Shown here one piece after another: positions 49,905-59,553 of a DNA stretch of 64,000 nucleotides. Location of the stretch: sequence record MF360958.1. One strand, written 5' to 3'. The first letter of the stretch is position 1; each line of letters begins with the position of its first letter. The position numbers were made by a program, and so were the translations under genes. Below the pieces are notes generated by a model. It was given only the letters and a program-made list of their open reading frames with translations. It made no database searches and was not told where the DNA came from.

Positions 49905-50799
49905 ATATATCTTTAAATGTTTTCTTTATTTTTTGAACAGCACTGCTATCCTCATCATAATCTTCATTGTCCGTAGCATAGGTATTTCTTGTATAAGTTA
50001 CTTCAGTGTAATCATTTTCTTGATATGGTTCATCAGTATTATTCATATCATGAGTGTAAATTGGCGAAAGATTTTTAGCACGAATAGTAATACTATAACC
50101 TGTATCCATAACTACAAGAAAACGATCTTTAAGTATATCATATTCCACGATAGAACCTTGCTGAAGATAGGTCTTTAATTTTTTGTTATTCACGTAAACT
50201 TTCGTATCAATTCTGAGATTTTCATGTGGAATATAATCTTTGAAATGATGATAAGGTTTTTGACCTGAGATTAATTTTTTAAAATAACTAGGAGATTTTG
50301 TTGTTCTTGGAGAAATATTCTTATAATACTGATCCTTAATTATATTAATAATATGTTGCTGACTATAGCCGTGTCCTGAATTGAATAGTTCTACATAATG
50401 CCTTTTTATTGTTTTTACTTCATCTTCATTAAATAATAAACGATGTAATCCACGAATACTACGCGGTTTATGCCAATAAAGATTATCTACACGAATATCG
50501 ATTACATCTTCATTTTTAAATTTAATATCATAGTCGAGCAGACTCTGTTTCGTAGGATCAAAGTTTTCTGGTTTACCGAGATAAGCATATGCCACCAATC
50601 GTGCCGCGCTAAAAGACGTGTCTCGGATATAATAATAACACCGTTGCCCACAAGGATAGTAAGGTTTCAACCATGCTTGTGTAGCTAAAGAATAAACATT
50701 GCCTGTGGGTGATACACAATAACCTGCTAGATTTTGGAATCCTTTAATGAGTCATGTTTTTTAAATAATTTGTTCATCTGTTAATATTTCTTCTTGCAT
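49897..50799 (-). pseudogene. NUMOD4/HNH-like protein; 5' end interrupted by two in-frame stops and HNH residues degenerate
   Basis: frame from ATG 50799 (AGGA RBS) reads MQEEILTDEQII*KT*LIKGFQNLAGYCVSPTGNVYS...AARLVAYAYL...DNLYW; the track ORF starts at TTG 50670. Confidence 0.5.
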
Positions 50800-50808
50800 A
50801 ATAGAGTC

Positions 50809-51240
50809 CTATATATGATCTCTCATTCCTAATGCATACTCTATTATCCTTTTTTTCACAACGCACGAACCATTCATATCATTATATAATAGTTTCATTT
50901 TATTGATTTGTTTATGCGTATCATCATCAATATTGAAACACATTTTAAGAGAGTCATAGAAATCTTTGTGCCAATATAATTTTAATGATTCTAACATCAA
51001 GTCTTGTGTTACATATTCTTTAGCAAGAAATATACTGTTGGGATCTTTACGTATTGCCTGTTGTATTTGTGATATATGTCCATTTTTATAATAGAAGGTC
51101 ATCAGTAATGGATATTTAAGAAATAGTTCATTTACTTTGTCATTTTTCACTTTATGAATATATTTAAAATTTGCGGGAACGCACGATAGTAATAATCCTA
51201 AACGCCCGGTGTCCATATTATTAATAATAGATTTAGGCAT
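50809..51240 (-). CDS. INKxKLxxGP-family protein
   Basis: LYWHKDFYD...KQINKMKLLY. Confidence 0.7.
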   Translation of the reverse strand: MPKSIINNMDTGRLGLLLSCVPANFKYIHKVKNDKVNELFLKYPLLMTFYYKNGHISQIQQAIRKDPNSIFLAKEYVTQDLMLESLKLYWHKDFYDSLKMCFNIDDDTHKQINKMKLLYNDMNGSCVVKKRIIEYALGMRDHI

Positions 51241-51339
51241 GAATAAGAGAAATTTTTTCCAAAATATTGGTTTTTTCTAAAAATATTAAAAGATAATAGG
51301 TTTCAATATATTTAGAAAAATAATTAGCTATTATTTTAA

Positions 51340-51912
51340 TCATAACGACTCAATAGAAATTCTTTCTTGGGTACCACGCTCAGTTCCTTTTGAATAAGTA
51401 TTATAGCTAAATTGTTCCTCTTCCATTGGACCTTTCATTAATTTTTCTCTATTAATTTTTTTATTAATATTGTCAGATAAATTGAATCTTTGTTTAACTT
51501 CATTGTAAAAACATTGTTTCCAACGTTTTGTTAATGCATTAAAAATAACGTTTTCAGTTGAATTATCAATTAAAAAAAGATTTATAGGACTTTTTTGAAC
51601 AGCTAACAATTGTAATGGTTCATTATCATTGTGTATATAGGATATAACAAATGGTGTATTATAGTAAACAATTATATCTTCGATATAATCATATGGCAAC
51701 TTATCACTATAACGATTTAGATTGTTATAATAAAATGTTACTGCTTCCAATAATGTTTTCTTATCAATATAAGGGATTATCTTTTGTGGAATATGTTTTA
51801 AAAAGTTTCTTCTAATGTAGTTGGATTCTCGTATGAAAAAATTATTCATAATATATTGATTTATGAATATATTATAAAACAGCGCTGAAAATTTGTATAT
51901 CATATTAATCAT
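51340..51912 (-). CDS. INKxKLxxGP-family protein
   Basis: KRWKQCFYN...KKINREKLMKGP. Confidence 0.75.
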   Translation of the reverse strand: MINMIYKFSALFYNIFINQYIMNNFFIRESNYIRRNFLKHIPQKIIPYIDKKTLLEAVTFYYNNLNRYSDKLPYDYIEDIIVYYNTPFVISYIHNDNEPLQLLAVQKSPINLFLIDNSTENVIFNALTKRWKQCFYNEVKQRFNLSDNINKKINREKLMKGPMEEEQFSYNTYSKGTERGTQERISIESL

Positions 51913-51914
51913 AA

Positions 51915-52571
51915 TTAATCCATCGGTCCTTTTGATAATTTCAACTTATTAATTTTTTGAATAATACGATCATATTGTTCATTAGTGATTTCAATGTTTT
52001 GCTCATGTAAATAGGTTAGATAATCTGAAAAAACTCTATTATAAAAATCTCTATGCCAACATTGAGTTATCGACATCAATAATAGTTCTTCCGTGAAATA
52101 ATGTTTTCTATAATATTTTTTAACCATAATATTGAATATTATTCGAGGATCATTATACACAGCTTTCCAAATCATATTATAGTCAAGTCCTCTATTGAAT
52201 TTTGTTTCTTCATGGTTAAAAAATAAAACCGAAGAAGGTCTTAATTCTATAATTTTTAATTTAGCTTCATCAGAAATTTTTCGATCATAATCAATAATAT
52301 ATCTAGGATAACGCGACAATGCCTCGACAATTGTTTGTTCATAAGGATTCTTAATTTTAATTAGATTATCTGGATCGTTAATTACTGCTAATGATTCCAC
52401 ATATTCGGTATAATTGTTCATGTATAATATATTTTTAGGATTCATACATATGCAAACGAATTGAAAATTCTCTGAAGGGTACTCAATCTGTGCTAACACA
52501 GTTGGATCTTCACGAACCTGTTCTATAATAATGGAGTCTATATTGTCATCATTAAAGTCATTATGAAACAT
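51915..52571 (-). CDS. INKxKLxxGP-family repeat protein
   Basis: IKIKNPYEQTIVEAL; QCWHRDFYN...QKINKLKLSKGP. Confidence 0.75.
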   Translation of the reverse strand: MFHNDFNDDNIDSIIIEQVREDPTVLAQIEYPSENFQFVCICMNPKNILYMNNYTEYVESLAVINDPDNLIKIKNPYEQTIVEALSRYPRYIIDYDRKISDEAKLKIIELRPSSVLFFNHEETKFNRGLDYNMIWKAVYNDPRIIFNIMVKKYYRKHYFTEELLLMSITQCWHRDFYNRVFSDYLTYLHEQNIEITNEQYDRIIQKINKLKLSKGPMD

Positions 52572-52577
52572 ACCAAC

Positions 52578-52991
52578 TTATCCTTTATACACTGTCCATG
52601 AACCTTGATGATCATGATATCCCGTAACACACCATTCATTGTTTTTACGTTTACTCAGAGGAATCTCATAACCGTTTTGATTTGTTTGTATGTTTCCATC
52701 TGTATCTACACTATCTCTACGCACGGTCATTCTTTTAGCAGTTTTATGACTGACGGTAAATGTTTCAATGTTTCCAAGATGATTATGTTGTATACGATCA
52801 CCAACAACTAATTCATCAAAAGGATGAAAATATTCTTTTGCTTTTTTAATAAGAAGTTCAACTTCAAAAAGTTTATCGTCACCACAGATATAATTAGCAT
52901 TTAGTAAATTTTCTGCTGACGAAACATTAATATTAAATTCTGTTAAATAATAGATGTCCTTTGCTTTTTCTTCATTCATTGTAATTTTCAT
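52578..52991 (-). CDS. hypothetical protein
   Basis: AAGGA RBS; ORF in the operon. Confidence 0.7.
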   Translation of the reverse strand: MKITMNEEKAKDIYYLTEFNINVSSAENLLNANYICGDDKLFEVELLIKKAKEYFHPFDELVVGDRIQHNHLGNIETFTVSHKTAKRMTVRRDSVDTDGNIQTNQNGYEIPLSKRKNNEWCVTGYHDHQGSWTVYKG

Positions 52992-53002
52992 TGCAATCCT
53001 TA

Positions 53003-53404
53003 TTATTTTTTTTGAACAAGTACTTTATTTTCAAATGAGAATTTATAAATGTATTGGTCTTCCTGTTCATCATAACGCCAATAAAACACAAGAAGGTTGG
53101 GTAGATGATCCGAATAACCAACAATCATACTATCAATCCCAACATGAGGCGTTTTATTACCAGTAGTACGTTCAAGACCAAGTTGATAAATGACTTCATG
53201 GATAACTTGATGAATTTTTATATTAGTTGGAAAGTGGACATTAATATCATGTTCAGAAACATCATAATGATTCCTCATAGGATCACGTTCGATATATACT
53301 TGACCGTATGTTTCCTTATTGATGATATCATAGAAACGATTGATCATTTTTCGAATCTGTGTTTTCGAAAAATTTTCAGATTGATTAGGAATTACAAATG
53401 ACAT
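53003..53404 (-). CDS. hypothetical protein
   Basis: GAGG RBS; ORF in the operon. Confidence 0.7.
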   Translation of the reverse strand: MSFVIPNQSENFSKTQIRKMINRFYDIINKETYGQVYIERDPMRNHYDVSEHDINVHFPTNIKIHQVIHEVIYQLGLERTTGNKTPHVGIDSMIVGYSDHLPNLLVFYWRYDEQEDQYIYKFSFENKVLVQKK

Positions 53405-53458
53405 ATTCTAGTACCTCTATTAAATTAAATACAATTATACTAAGAGTTGAATAATAAG

Positions 53459-53938
53459 TCAAGATTCGCAATAATTAAAAAATTTCTTTAAATCGTAATA
53501 CTCATCATTACCTATTTTGAACTTTTTAAATTCATTATAATTATGAACATTCAAAACAAGATAATAACACATGGTTCGTCCACATATTGATGGAGGCATA
53601 GCTGAACGTGCTATTGTGCCTATAGCATAAGGCAGGTATCGATTTTCAATTTTACAACTAATATTAAATTCAAATATAGGATTCACGCAATTTATATCTT
53701 CAATAAAATATTCAAATAATGATTTAAGCTGATAATGTTTTGAAATCATTATGTACATAAATTGCTCAATTTCACTATTTAAGAATTGTAAACCATGTTT
53801 AAAACGATAAAGCAATATACCATTCATATAAGTACTGGTTAAGCTATTACCAGTAGATTGTGCATAAGGTTCCATAGAATTGTTTTCAATAACATCATAA
53901 ACCAATGGTTTAAAATTTTGAATATAATAGTCGGTCAT
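53459..53938 (-). CDS. hypothetical protein
   Basis: GGAG RBS; GATAAATA box at 53958-53965. Confidence 0.7.
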   Translation of the reverse strand: MTDYYIQNFKPLVYDVIENNSMEPYAQSTGNSLTSTYMNGILLYRFKHGLQFLNSEIEQFMYIMISKHYQLKSLFEYFIEDINCVNPIFEFNISCKIENRYLPYAIGTIARSAMPPSICGRTMCYYLVLNVHNYNEFKKFKIGNDEYYDLKKFFNYCES

Positions 53939-53975
53939 ATTATTTCTCCAACTACTATATTTATCAAATTCTTAT

Positions 53976-55523
53976 CTAGATCTTATTATTAGGAATACTA
54001 TTAATGATTTCGTCTGCTTTATCATTAGAAAACACAATAAATTGTCCCGACCAATTTTTATTAATTTTTATTCTTAATAGTTTCAAATAAGATAATTGTT
54101 TAGTCGATTTAAGAATCATTTCCACACCTGTATCATAAGCAATATTTTTTAAACCAGAACCATCTATTAAATAATAATGTATAATATTACCACTCTTTTG
54201 GTATTTTCTTACAATTTCATTTACTTTTTCCCGACAAACATTCATAAGTTCTTTTTTATTATTCATTTCACCCATATTGTTTTTAACTTCATTTTGCATG
54301 GATGTTGGTGTTATACGAATTTTAAACAATATATTATTATTAATTTCGACATTATCATCATTTGTGATCACTTGATGAAATTCATCAGAACTCAATAGTC
54401 TATTATTGTACAATACATGATCATGTCGCATATCATGATGAAGAATAAACTGATTGAAAGTATAAAGTTCTTTATAGTGACTTAGAAAGCTTTCTCTATT
54501 TATAAGGTTATTATATTCTAATCGACCACTATTATATAAATCAATACTTGTTAATAATCCGGGAGAAAATGTAAATCTACGAGTTGTATGCATAAAGTTA
54601 TAATCTTTACTCATCTTTCCAATTCTAGAATTAATTGTTGTTATTGTTCCCTGTAATTGTTTAATTTTATTTGAATTTATAGTAAAATACATTGCATTTA
54701 TTTTTTTCAATTCATGATTGACATCTGAAACAAAATTATAATTATCAGCTCTATTAAAGTTTGCTTGTAAATGATGCTTTTCAGCAATAAGAAGATTTTT
54801 AATAAATTCATTACTTTGTTCGATATAATATTGAACACCTTTCACATCAATATGATAATTATTATCATCATGTAATGTTGTTAAGAACGTTACTTGTTTT
54901 AAAAGATTTTCAAAATTATCACTGGTTAACAAGCGACAATTATTGATATTATTAATAACTGTTTCAATTTCTTGAAATTTTGTTTTAGTTGGTTGTTTAC
55001 CGGTTTTAATGGTGCTTCTATTTTTCTCAATATATTGCGCTGCTCGGTTATACGCAAGAAGTTCGATCTTAATAAGATCGTCCATATCAAGATTGGTATA
55101 AATAGTTGATAGCGATTCATCAAGAACTTGTTTACAAGGAAGTTTATTATCTGTAAGTACTCGAATGTTATTTACATAATAATTAACTAATGAACTATAG
55201 TTCATTTGATATGTACTAACATCCATGAATAACAAGTTCGTGTTTTCATTTTTGATTGTTTTAATATTAATGAAATTTTTATAGATTTCATTTCCATTGG
55301 TTGGAATAATCATTACTGATGACAATCTGTCATCAGACTTTTCCAATTTTTCAATTTCATGACATACTGGCTGCATACTTTTATTTTCAAAGATTGGATT
55401 AATAATGACCTTATTATTAACATTATCAATTGTTGTACCAAGAGCAGGAATCTTTGCTTCATTTACCATATTTTTAAACACCTTAATTAATATAAATTTT
55501 CGCTGAATAATGAGCCGTGACAA
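53976..55523 (-). CDS. hypothetical protein (true start probably MVNEAK at 55469)
   Basis: long ORF; AAGGTG RBS before the internal ATG. Confidence 0.7.
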   Translation of the reverse strand: MSRLIIQRKFILIKVFKNMVNEAKIPALGTTIDNVNNKVIINPIFENKSMQPVCHEIEKLEKSDDRLSSVMIIPTNGNEIYKNFINIKTIKNENTNLLFMDVSTYQMNYSSLVNYYVNNIRVLTDNKLPCKQVLDESLSTIYTNLDMDDLIKIELLAYNRAAQYIEKNRSTIKTGKQPTKTKFQEIETVINNINNCRLLTSDNFENLLKQVTFLTTLHDDNNYHIDVKGVQYYIEQSNEFIKNLLIAEKHHLQANFNRADNYNFVSDVNHELKKINAMYFTINSNKIKQLQGTITTINSRIGKMSKDYNFMHTTRRFTFSPGLLTSIDLYNSGRLEYNNLINRESFLSHYKELYTFNQFILHHDMRHDHVLYNNRLLSSDEFHQVITNDDNVEINNNILFKIRITPTSMQNEVKNNMGEMNNKKELMNVCREKVNEIVRKYQKSGNIIHYYLIDGSGLKNIAYDTGVEMILKSTKQLSYLKLLRIKINKNWSGQFIVFSNDKADEIINSIPNNKI

Positions 55524-55762
55524 ACATCTTCATCACGTACAATTTGATTATTACCATGAGCAACTTCATAGGCTTGCTCGCGATCATAGAATTCACCAAA
55601 TTGATCAACAAATCCTTGGACCGTATTCGAATGGGTTACATGCATATTCATTGCTTGAATTTGTTGAATCATAAAATGGTCGAAATGACGAACACCTACA
55701 ACGATAGTTCCGTCTTGAAGTTTCATAGCTGCACATACAATACGCGGATTCATAGTATTCAC
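55487..55762 (-). CDS. small phage protein of a recognisable conserved type
   Basis: IVCAA..GVRHFD..QGFVDQFG.F.DR..A..VA..LFSENLY pattern. Confidence 0.7.
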   Translation of the reverse strand: MNTMNPRIVCAAMKLQDGTIVVGVRHFDHFMIQQIQAMNMHVTHSNTVQGFVDQFGEFYDREQAYEVAHGNNQIVRDEDVCHGSLFSENLY

Positions 55763-55847
55763 CTATTGATTAATTGACATAGGATATCATAATAACATTT
55801 TGAACACAAGAGGCATAAATACATTTACAATTAAGGAGTTAAGAATT

Positions 55848-56126
55848 ATGGCTACAGAACGAAAAATGCGTAAATATATGGATCTAATAAAAGAATCATC
55901 CGAAGACTATCAGAAGATCATTGATAATAATGAAGGTCGTTTTGGAGAACCTGCTTTAAATATTGATGGAGAAGAAATCGAAAACTCTGTATATCTTGGC
56001 GATGGTATGATTGCTTATAAAGAACATAATGGTGTTGTTATATATCATTATGATCCCGCTAATAATGAAAAGAAACATATGTTCTTAACCCATAAATCAT
56101 TCGAAATTCTAAAACATAAACTTTAA
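55848..56126 (+). CDS. small protein with MRKYMDLIKES leader
   Basis: AAGGAG RBS; CATAAATA box at 55814-55821. Confidence 0.7.
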   Translation: MATERKMRKYMDLIKESSEDYQKIIDNNEGRFGEPALNIDGEEIENSVYLGDGMIAYKEHNGVVIYHYDPANNEKKHMFLTHKSFEILKHKL

Positions 56127-56141
56127 GGAGAATATTAAAAA

Positions 56142-57098
56142 ATGAGTCTGAAGATGAATAATATACCCTTCACAGGGCAATTTAAAATTAAAAATAAATT
56201 TGCAAACATTATTGATAAACCAAATATATACGTTGGTGAATATACTAATAGTGGAACAATATATAAGTTCGATAATGATAATAATGAACTTTGGACATTT
56301 AATAATCATACTGGTTCAATATCGGGATTAGCAAAAGATAATAGTCATTTATACAGTGTTTCTTATGGTGACGATACAGCTAAAAAAATTGATACCAATG
56401 GTAATGAAATATGGACATTTACTGAAAATACCTCACCAAGATGTATATGTGTAGACCCTAATGGTAATAGTTATAATGGAGGGGTATATATCTTTAAATT
56501 AGATTCTAATGGTAATAAATTATGGCAATCCTCATATATATCTAATAATTGTCATTCAGTTTGTATTGACAATAATTTGAATGTTTATGGTGGAATAGGT
56601 GATGGTAGTATTAAAAAAATTGATACCAATGGTAATGAACTATGGTCATATTCTATTTTTAATAATATAACGTATATAGTCAGGACTGACAAACAAAATA
56701 ATATATACACCGGCGATTCAGCAGGTAATTTAAAAAAATTAGATGGTGATGGTAATGAACTATGGTCCGTATCACCTAAACATAACGATGCTATACGCTT
56801 CTTAGCATTAGATAATAAAGGGTATATATATACAACATCTGATGATAAAACAGTTAAGAAAAATGATGGTCTTGGAAATACTGTATGGAGCTTTACAACT
56901 TTAGGAAAAAATTATTCAGTTTATGTAGACCAAGTTGATAACGTTTATGTTACAGCAATGGATTTTACTGACGATAATGCATATATTTATAAATTAAATT
57001 CTGAAGGTCAAAAGATATGGCGTAAAGATATGTTAAATAACGATATACGTTACGGTTTAGCAATAGAATCGGGAATATATCCAATATTCTGGGGGTAA
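56142..57098 (+). CDS. beta-propeller repeat protein (PQQ/SBBP-like blades)
   Basis: repeated K(I/L)D.NGNELW..(F/Y) blades; 28-bp exact DNA repeat 56381-56408 = 56612-56639. Confidence 0.75.
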   Translation: MSLKMNNIPFTGQFKIKNKFANIIDKPNIYVGEYTNSGTIYKFDNDNNELWTFNNHTGSISGLAKDNSHLYSVSYGDDTAKKIDTNGNEIWTFTENTSPRCICVDPNGNSYNGGVYIFKLDSNGNKLWQSSYISNNCHSVCIDNNLNVYGGIGDGSIKKIDTNGNELWSYSIFNNITYIVRTDKQNNIYTGDSAGNLKKLDGDGNELWSVSPKHNDAIRFLALDNKGYIYTTSDDKTVKKNDGLGNTVWSFTTLGKNYSVYVDQVDNVYVTAMDFTDDNAYIYKLNSEGQKIWRKDMLNNDIRYGLAIESGIYPIFWG

Positions 57099-57100
57099 CT

Positions 57101-57123
57101 AAAAAGCCCCTCATATGAGGGGC
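57101..57123 (-). terminator. intrinsic terminator downstream of clpA
   Basis: GCCCCTCA-TA-TGAGGGGC palindrome followed by TTTTT on the minus strand. Confidence 0.8.
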
Positions 57124-57158
57124 CACAGGAGTCACCATCCTTGGTTCCGATTTAACCT

Positions 57159-59375
57159 TTACATGTAATCGAAAGTGAATTCATTATCCTTGTATCCAAC
57201 TTCGACTGTACCACCTTGAGTGAGCTTACCAAACACCACTTCACGAGATAGAGGTTTCTTAATTTCATCCTTGATAACTCGTTGTAGCGGCCTAGCACCC
57301 ATTGTTTCATCATAACCAAGTTCAGCCATGCGCGTTTTTGCTGAATCACTAAGAGTGATCTCAACATTACTTTCATCCTTGAGCTTGTTACTAAGACTTT
57401 GAACTTCTTTATCTACAATGCGAAGCATATCTTCATGCGTAAGATTGTTAAAGCTCAGAGCTTCACCGACACTTAGACGGTTTAGAAATTCCGGTGTGAA
57501 GAATTGTTCAACCGCTTTTTTATCAGCAGTGTTATTAGTATGGTTAACATAGCCAATACTGCCTTTATTCTTTTCCTTAGCTCCAAGGTTGGTTGTCATC
57601 AAAATAATGACATTATTGAACTTAATTGTCTTCCCATGTGAAGACGTGAGCTGTCCATCATCCATGATTTGAAGAAGGATACTAAGAACTTTGGGATGTG
57701 CTTTTTCGATTTCATCAAGAAGCAGAACCGAATTAGGATTATTCTCAATGTCATCAATAAGCTGAGCCGAATTCTCGTCATATCCCACATAACCCGGTGG
57801 TGCACCGATCAGTTTAGATACTGAATGTTGTTCCTGATATTCGCTCATATCATATTTCATTAGTGGAATATTAAGCTTGTCAGAAAGCTGACGCGCAAGT
57901 TCTGTTTTACCAACACCTGTCGTGCCAGATACCAAGAACGAACCAATTGGTTTATTATTTTCAACCATTCCCGATTTGGAGATCAATACTTCTTCAACAA
58001 TCTTATCAACCACATGATCCTGACCGTAAAGATTGCTCTTAATTTCATTCCCAAGATTCTTGAATACATCTGTTTCAGACTTGTTAATCGCCTGTTCAGG
58101 GACATTAGAAATTCGAGACACAATCTTGGTCACAACATCCGAATCAACTGTTTCAAAATCATTAATCTTGCTATATGCCCCGCTAGCGTCCAGAATATCA
58201 ATTGCCTTATCAGGGAAAGCTCTATTCTGAATATAGCGTTCACAATACTTCATGAGTGTATCAATAATTCCATCATAAGTAACACCATGGAATTCTTCAT
58301 ACACAGGCATAATCTTTTCAAGAATGATTCGTGTGGTTGCTTCATCAGGTTCTTCAACTGTATAGTTCTGAAACCGGCGAACCATAGCTTTGTCTTTCTC
58401 AATATTTTCCTTATATTCATCATACGTAGTGGCAGCAATTGCCATAAGGTCACCACGTGCTAGAAGCGGTTTCATGATATTTGCAAGATCTACGCCCCCT
58501 TGTGTAGATGCACCTGCTCCCATCACAGTATGGGCTTCATCAATAAACACAACAGCATTACCGTCTTCGGCAAGCTCATTAAAGATTTTCTTAGCACGTT
58601 CTTCAAATTCACCCCGATACTTAGTTCCGGCAAGCATTCCGGCAATATCGAGAGAATAGATGCGTTTGTCTTGAAGAGATTCATGGCATTCTTGTTTATA
58701 AATCGCTAATGCAATGCCTTCCACGACTGCGGTCTTACCAACACCGGATTTCCCAAGAAGCATGATATTATTCTTTTTCTTACGAGCCAGAATTTCAGTC
58801 ATTTCTTGGATTTCCATGCTTCGACCAATTACGGGATCAATACGTCCTTCTTCTGCCATTTTTGTGAAGTCAGTAAGATAATCTGTGTCTTCATAATTTC
58901 CTTGATCACTAGCAGTGCTTTCCAGCGTTTCAACAATTGCAGCTTTCGCATCCGGTGAATTAGCGAAAATATTACCAAGAAGGGTATCACTATGATACTG
59001 TTCTTCTTTCACCATAAGACGGAAAATGTCAAGCCATTTGATATCATTAAGATTTCGACCATTTGACGTAACATGCATAGGTACAGCACAAAGAATATCA
59101 ATAAGTTCGGATTCATATTCAATACGCTGCGTATCAGTATTGACTGATGGTGATTGTTGGCGAATTTGTTGATAGATGATTTCACTCATCTTGTTAGGTT
59201 CAATAGCAGAATCTTTGAGGACATTTTTTACTTGATCATCCTGTGTCAACAACACGTAACAAAGATGATCTCGTGTCACCATATCGTATTTTTCATTAAC
59301 AGCAACTTTAGCTGTATCGTTGATGATATTTTCAATAGCTGGTGGCACTTGATGATTTCTTTTTGAATCGGACAT
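57159..59375 (-). CDS. clpA: ClpA-like ATP-dependent Clp protease ATPase subunit
   Basis: Clp-N domain; GKSGVGKT/FIDEAH (D1); GTTGVGKT/LLDEIEKAH (D2); GSIGY ClpP-docking-type loop; no ClpB middle domain; start ATG 59375 with AGGAG RBS. Confidence 0.9.
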   Translation of the reverse strand: MSDSKRNHQVPPAIENIINDTAKVAVNEKYDMVTRDHLCYVLLTQDDQVKNVLKDSAIEPNKMSEIIYQQIRQQSPSVNTDTQRIEYESELIDILCAVPMHVTSNGRNLNDIKWLDIFRLMVKEEQYHSDTLLGNIFANSPDAKAAIVETLESTASDQGNYEDTDYLTDFTKMAEEGRIDPVIGRSMEIQEMTEILARKKKNNIMLLGKSGVGKTAVVEGIALAIYKQECHESLQDKRIYSLDIAGMLAGTKYRGEFEERAKKIFNELAEDGNAVVFIDEAHTVMGAGASTQGGVDLANIMKPLLARGDLMAIAATTYDEYKENIEKDKAMVRRFQNYTVEEPDEATTRIILEKIMPVYEEFHGVTYDGIIDTLMKYCERYIQNRAFPDKAIDILDASGAYSKINDFETVDSDVVTKIVSRISNVPEQAINKSETDVFKNLGNEIKSNLYGQDHVVDKIVEEVLISKSGMVENNKPIGSFLVSGTTGVGKTELARQLSDKLNIPLMKYDMSEYQEQHSVSKLIGAPPGYVGYDENSAQLIDDIENNPNSVLLLDEIEKAHPKVLSILLQIMDDGQLTSSHGKTIKFNNVIILMTTNLGAKEKNKGSIGYVNHTNNTADKKAVEQFFTPEFLNRLSVGEALSFNNLTHEDMLRIVDKEVQSLSNKLKDESNVEITLSDSAKTRMAELGYDETMGARPLQRVIKDEIKKPLSREVVFGKLTQGGTVEVGYKDNEFTFDYM

Positions 59376-59409
59376 AATTTTCTCCTGTTTTATATATGAA
59401 AACAATTAC

Positions 59410-59438
59410 ATTGTAACGTTCTGGTATTGCTTTATCAA
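59410..59438 (-). promoter_or_regulatory. sigma70-type promoter of clpA
   Basis: TTGATA-17 bp-TACAAT on the minus strand. Confidence 0.65.
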
Positions 59439-59553
59439 GCAAAATTTTTGTTGTGTTTTTATGGAAAGAAATTGATTCCAAACACGAAGGATATTGATTA
59501 GAACATATTTAGAAAGGTCTTTCAAGGGAAAAATTTTATTATTATTCTGATCT

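Noticed and set aside
50752-50763. Genome-wide stop-codon reassignment
   Set aside because: Conserved genes (clpA, rpoH, phoH, rnlA) are full length under the standard code; the two stops here are isolated.
57124-57158. Possible tRNA or ncRNA in the GC-richer spacer after clpA
   Set aside because: Too short; no cloverleaf or T-loop motif could be built.
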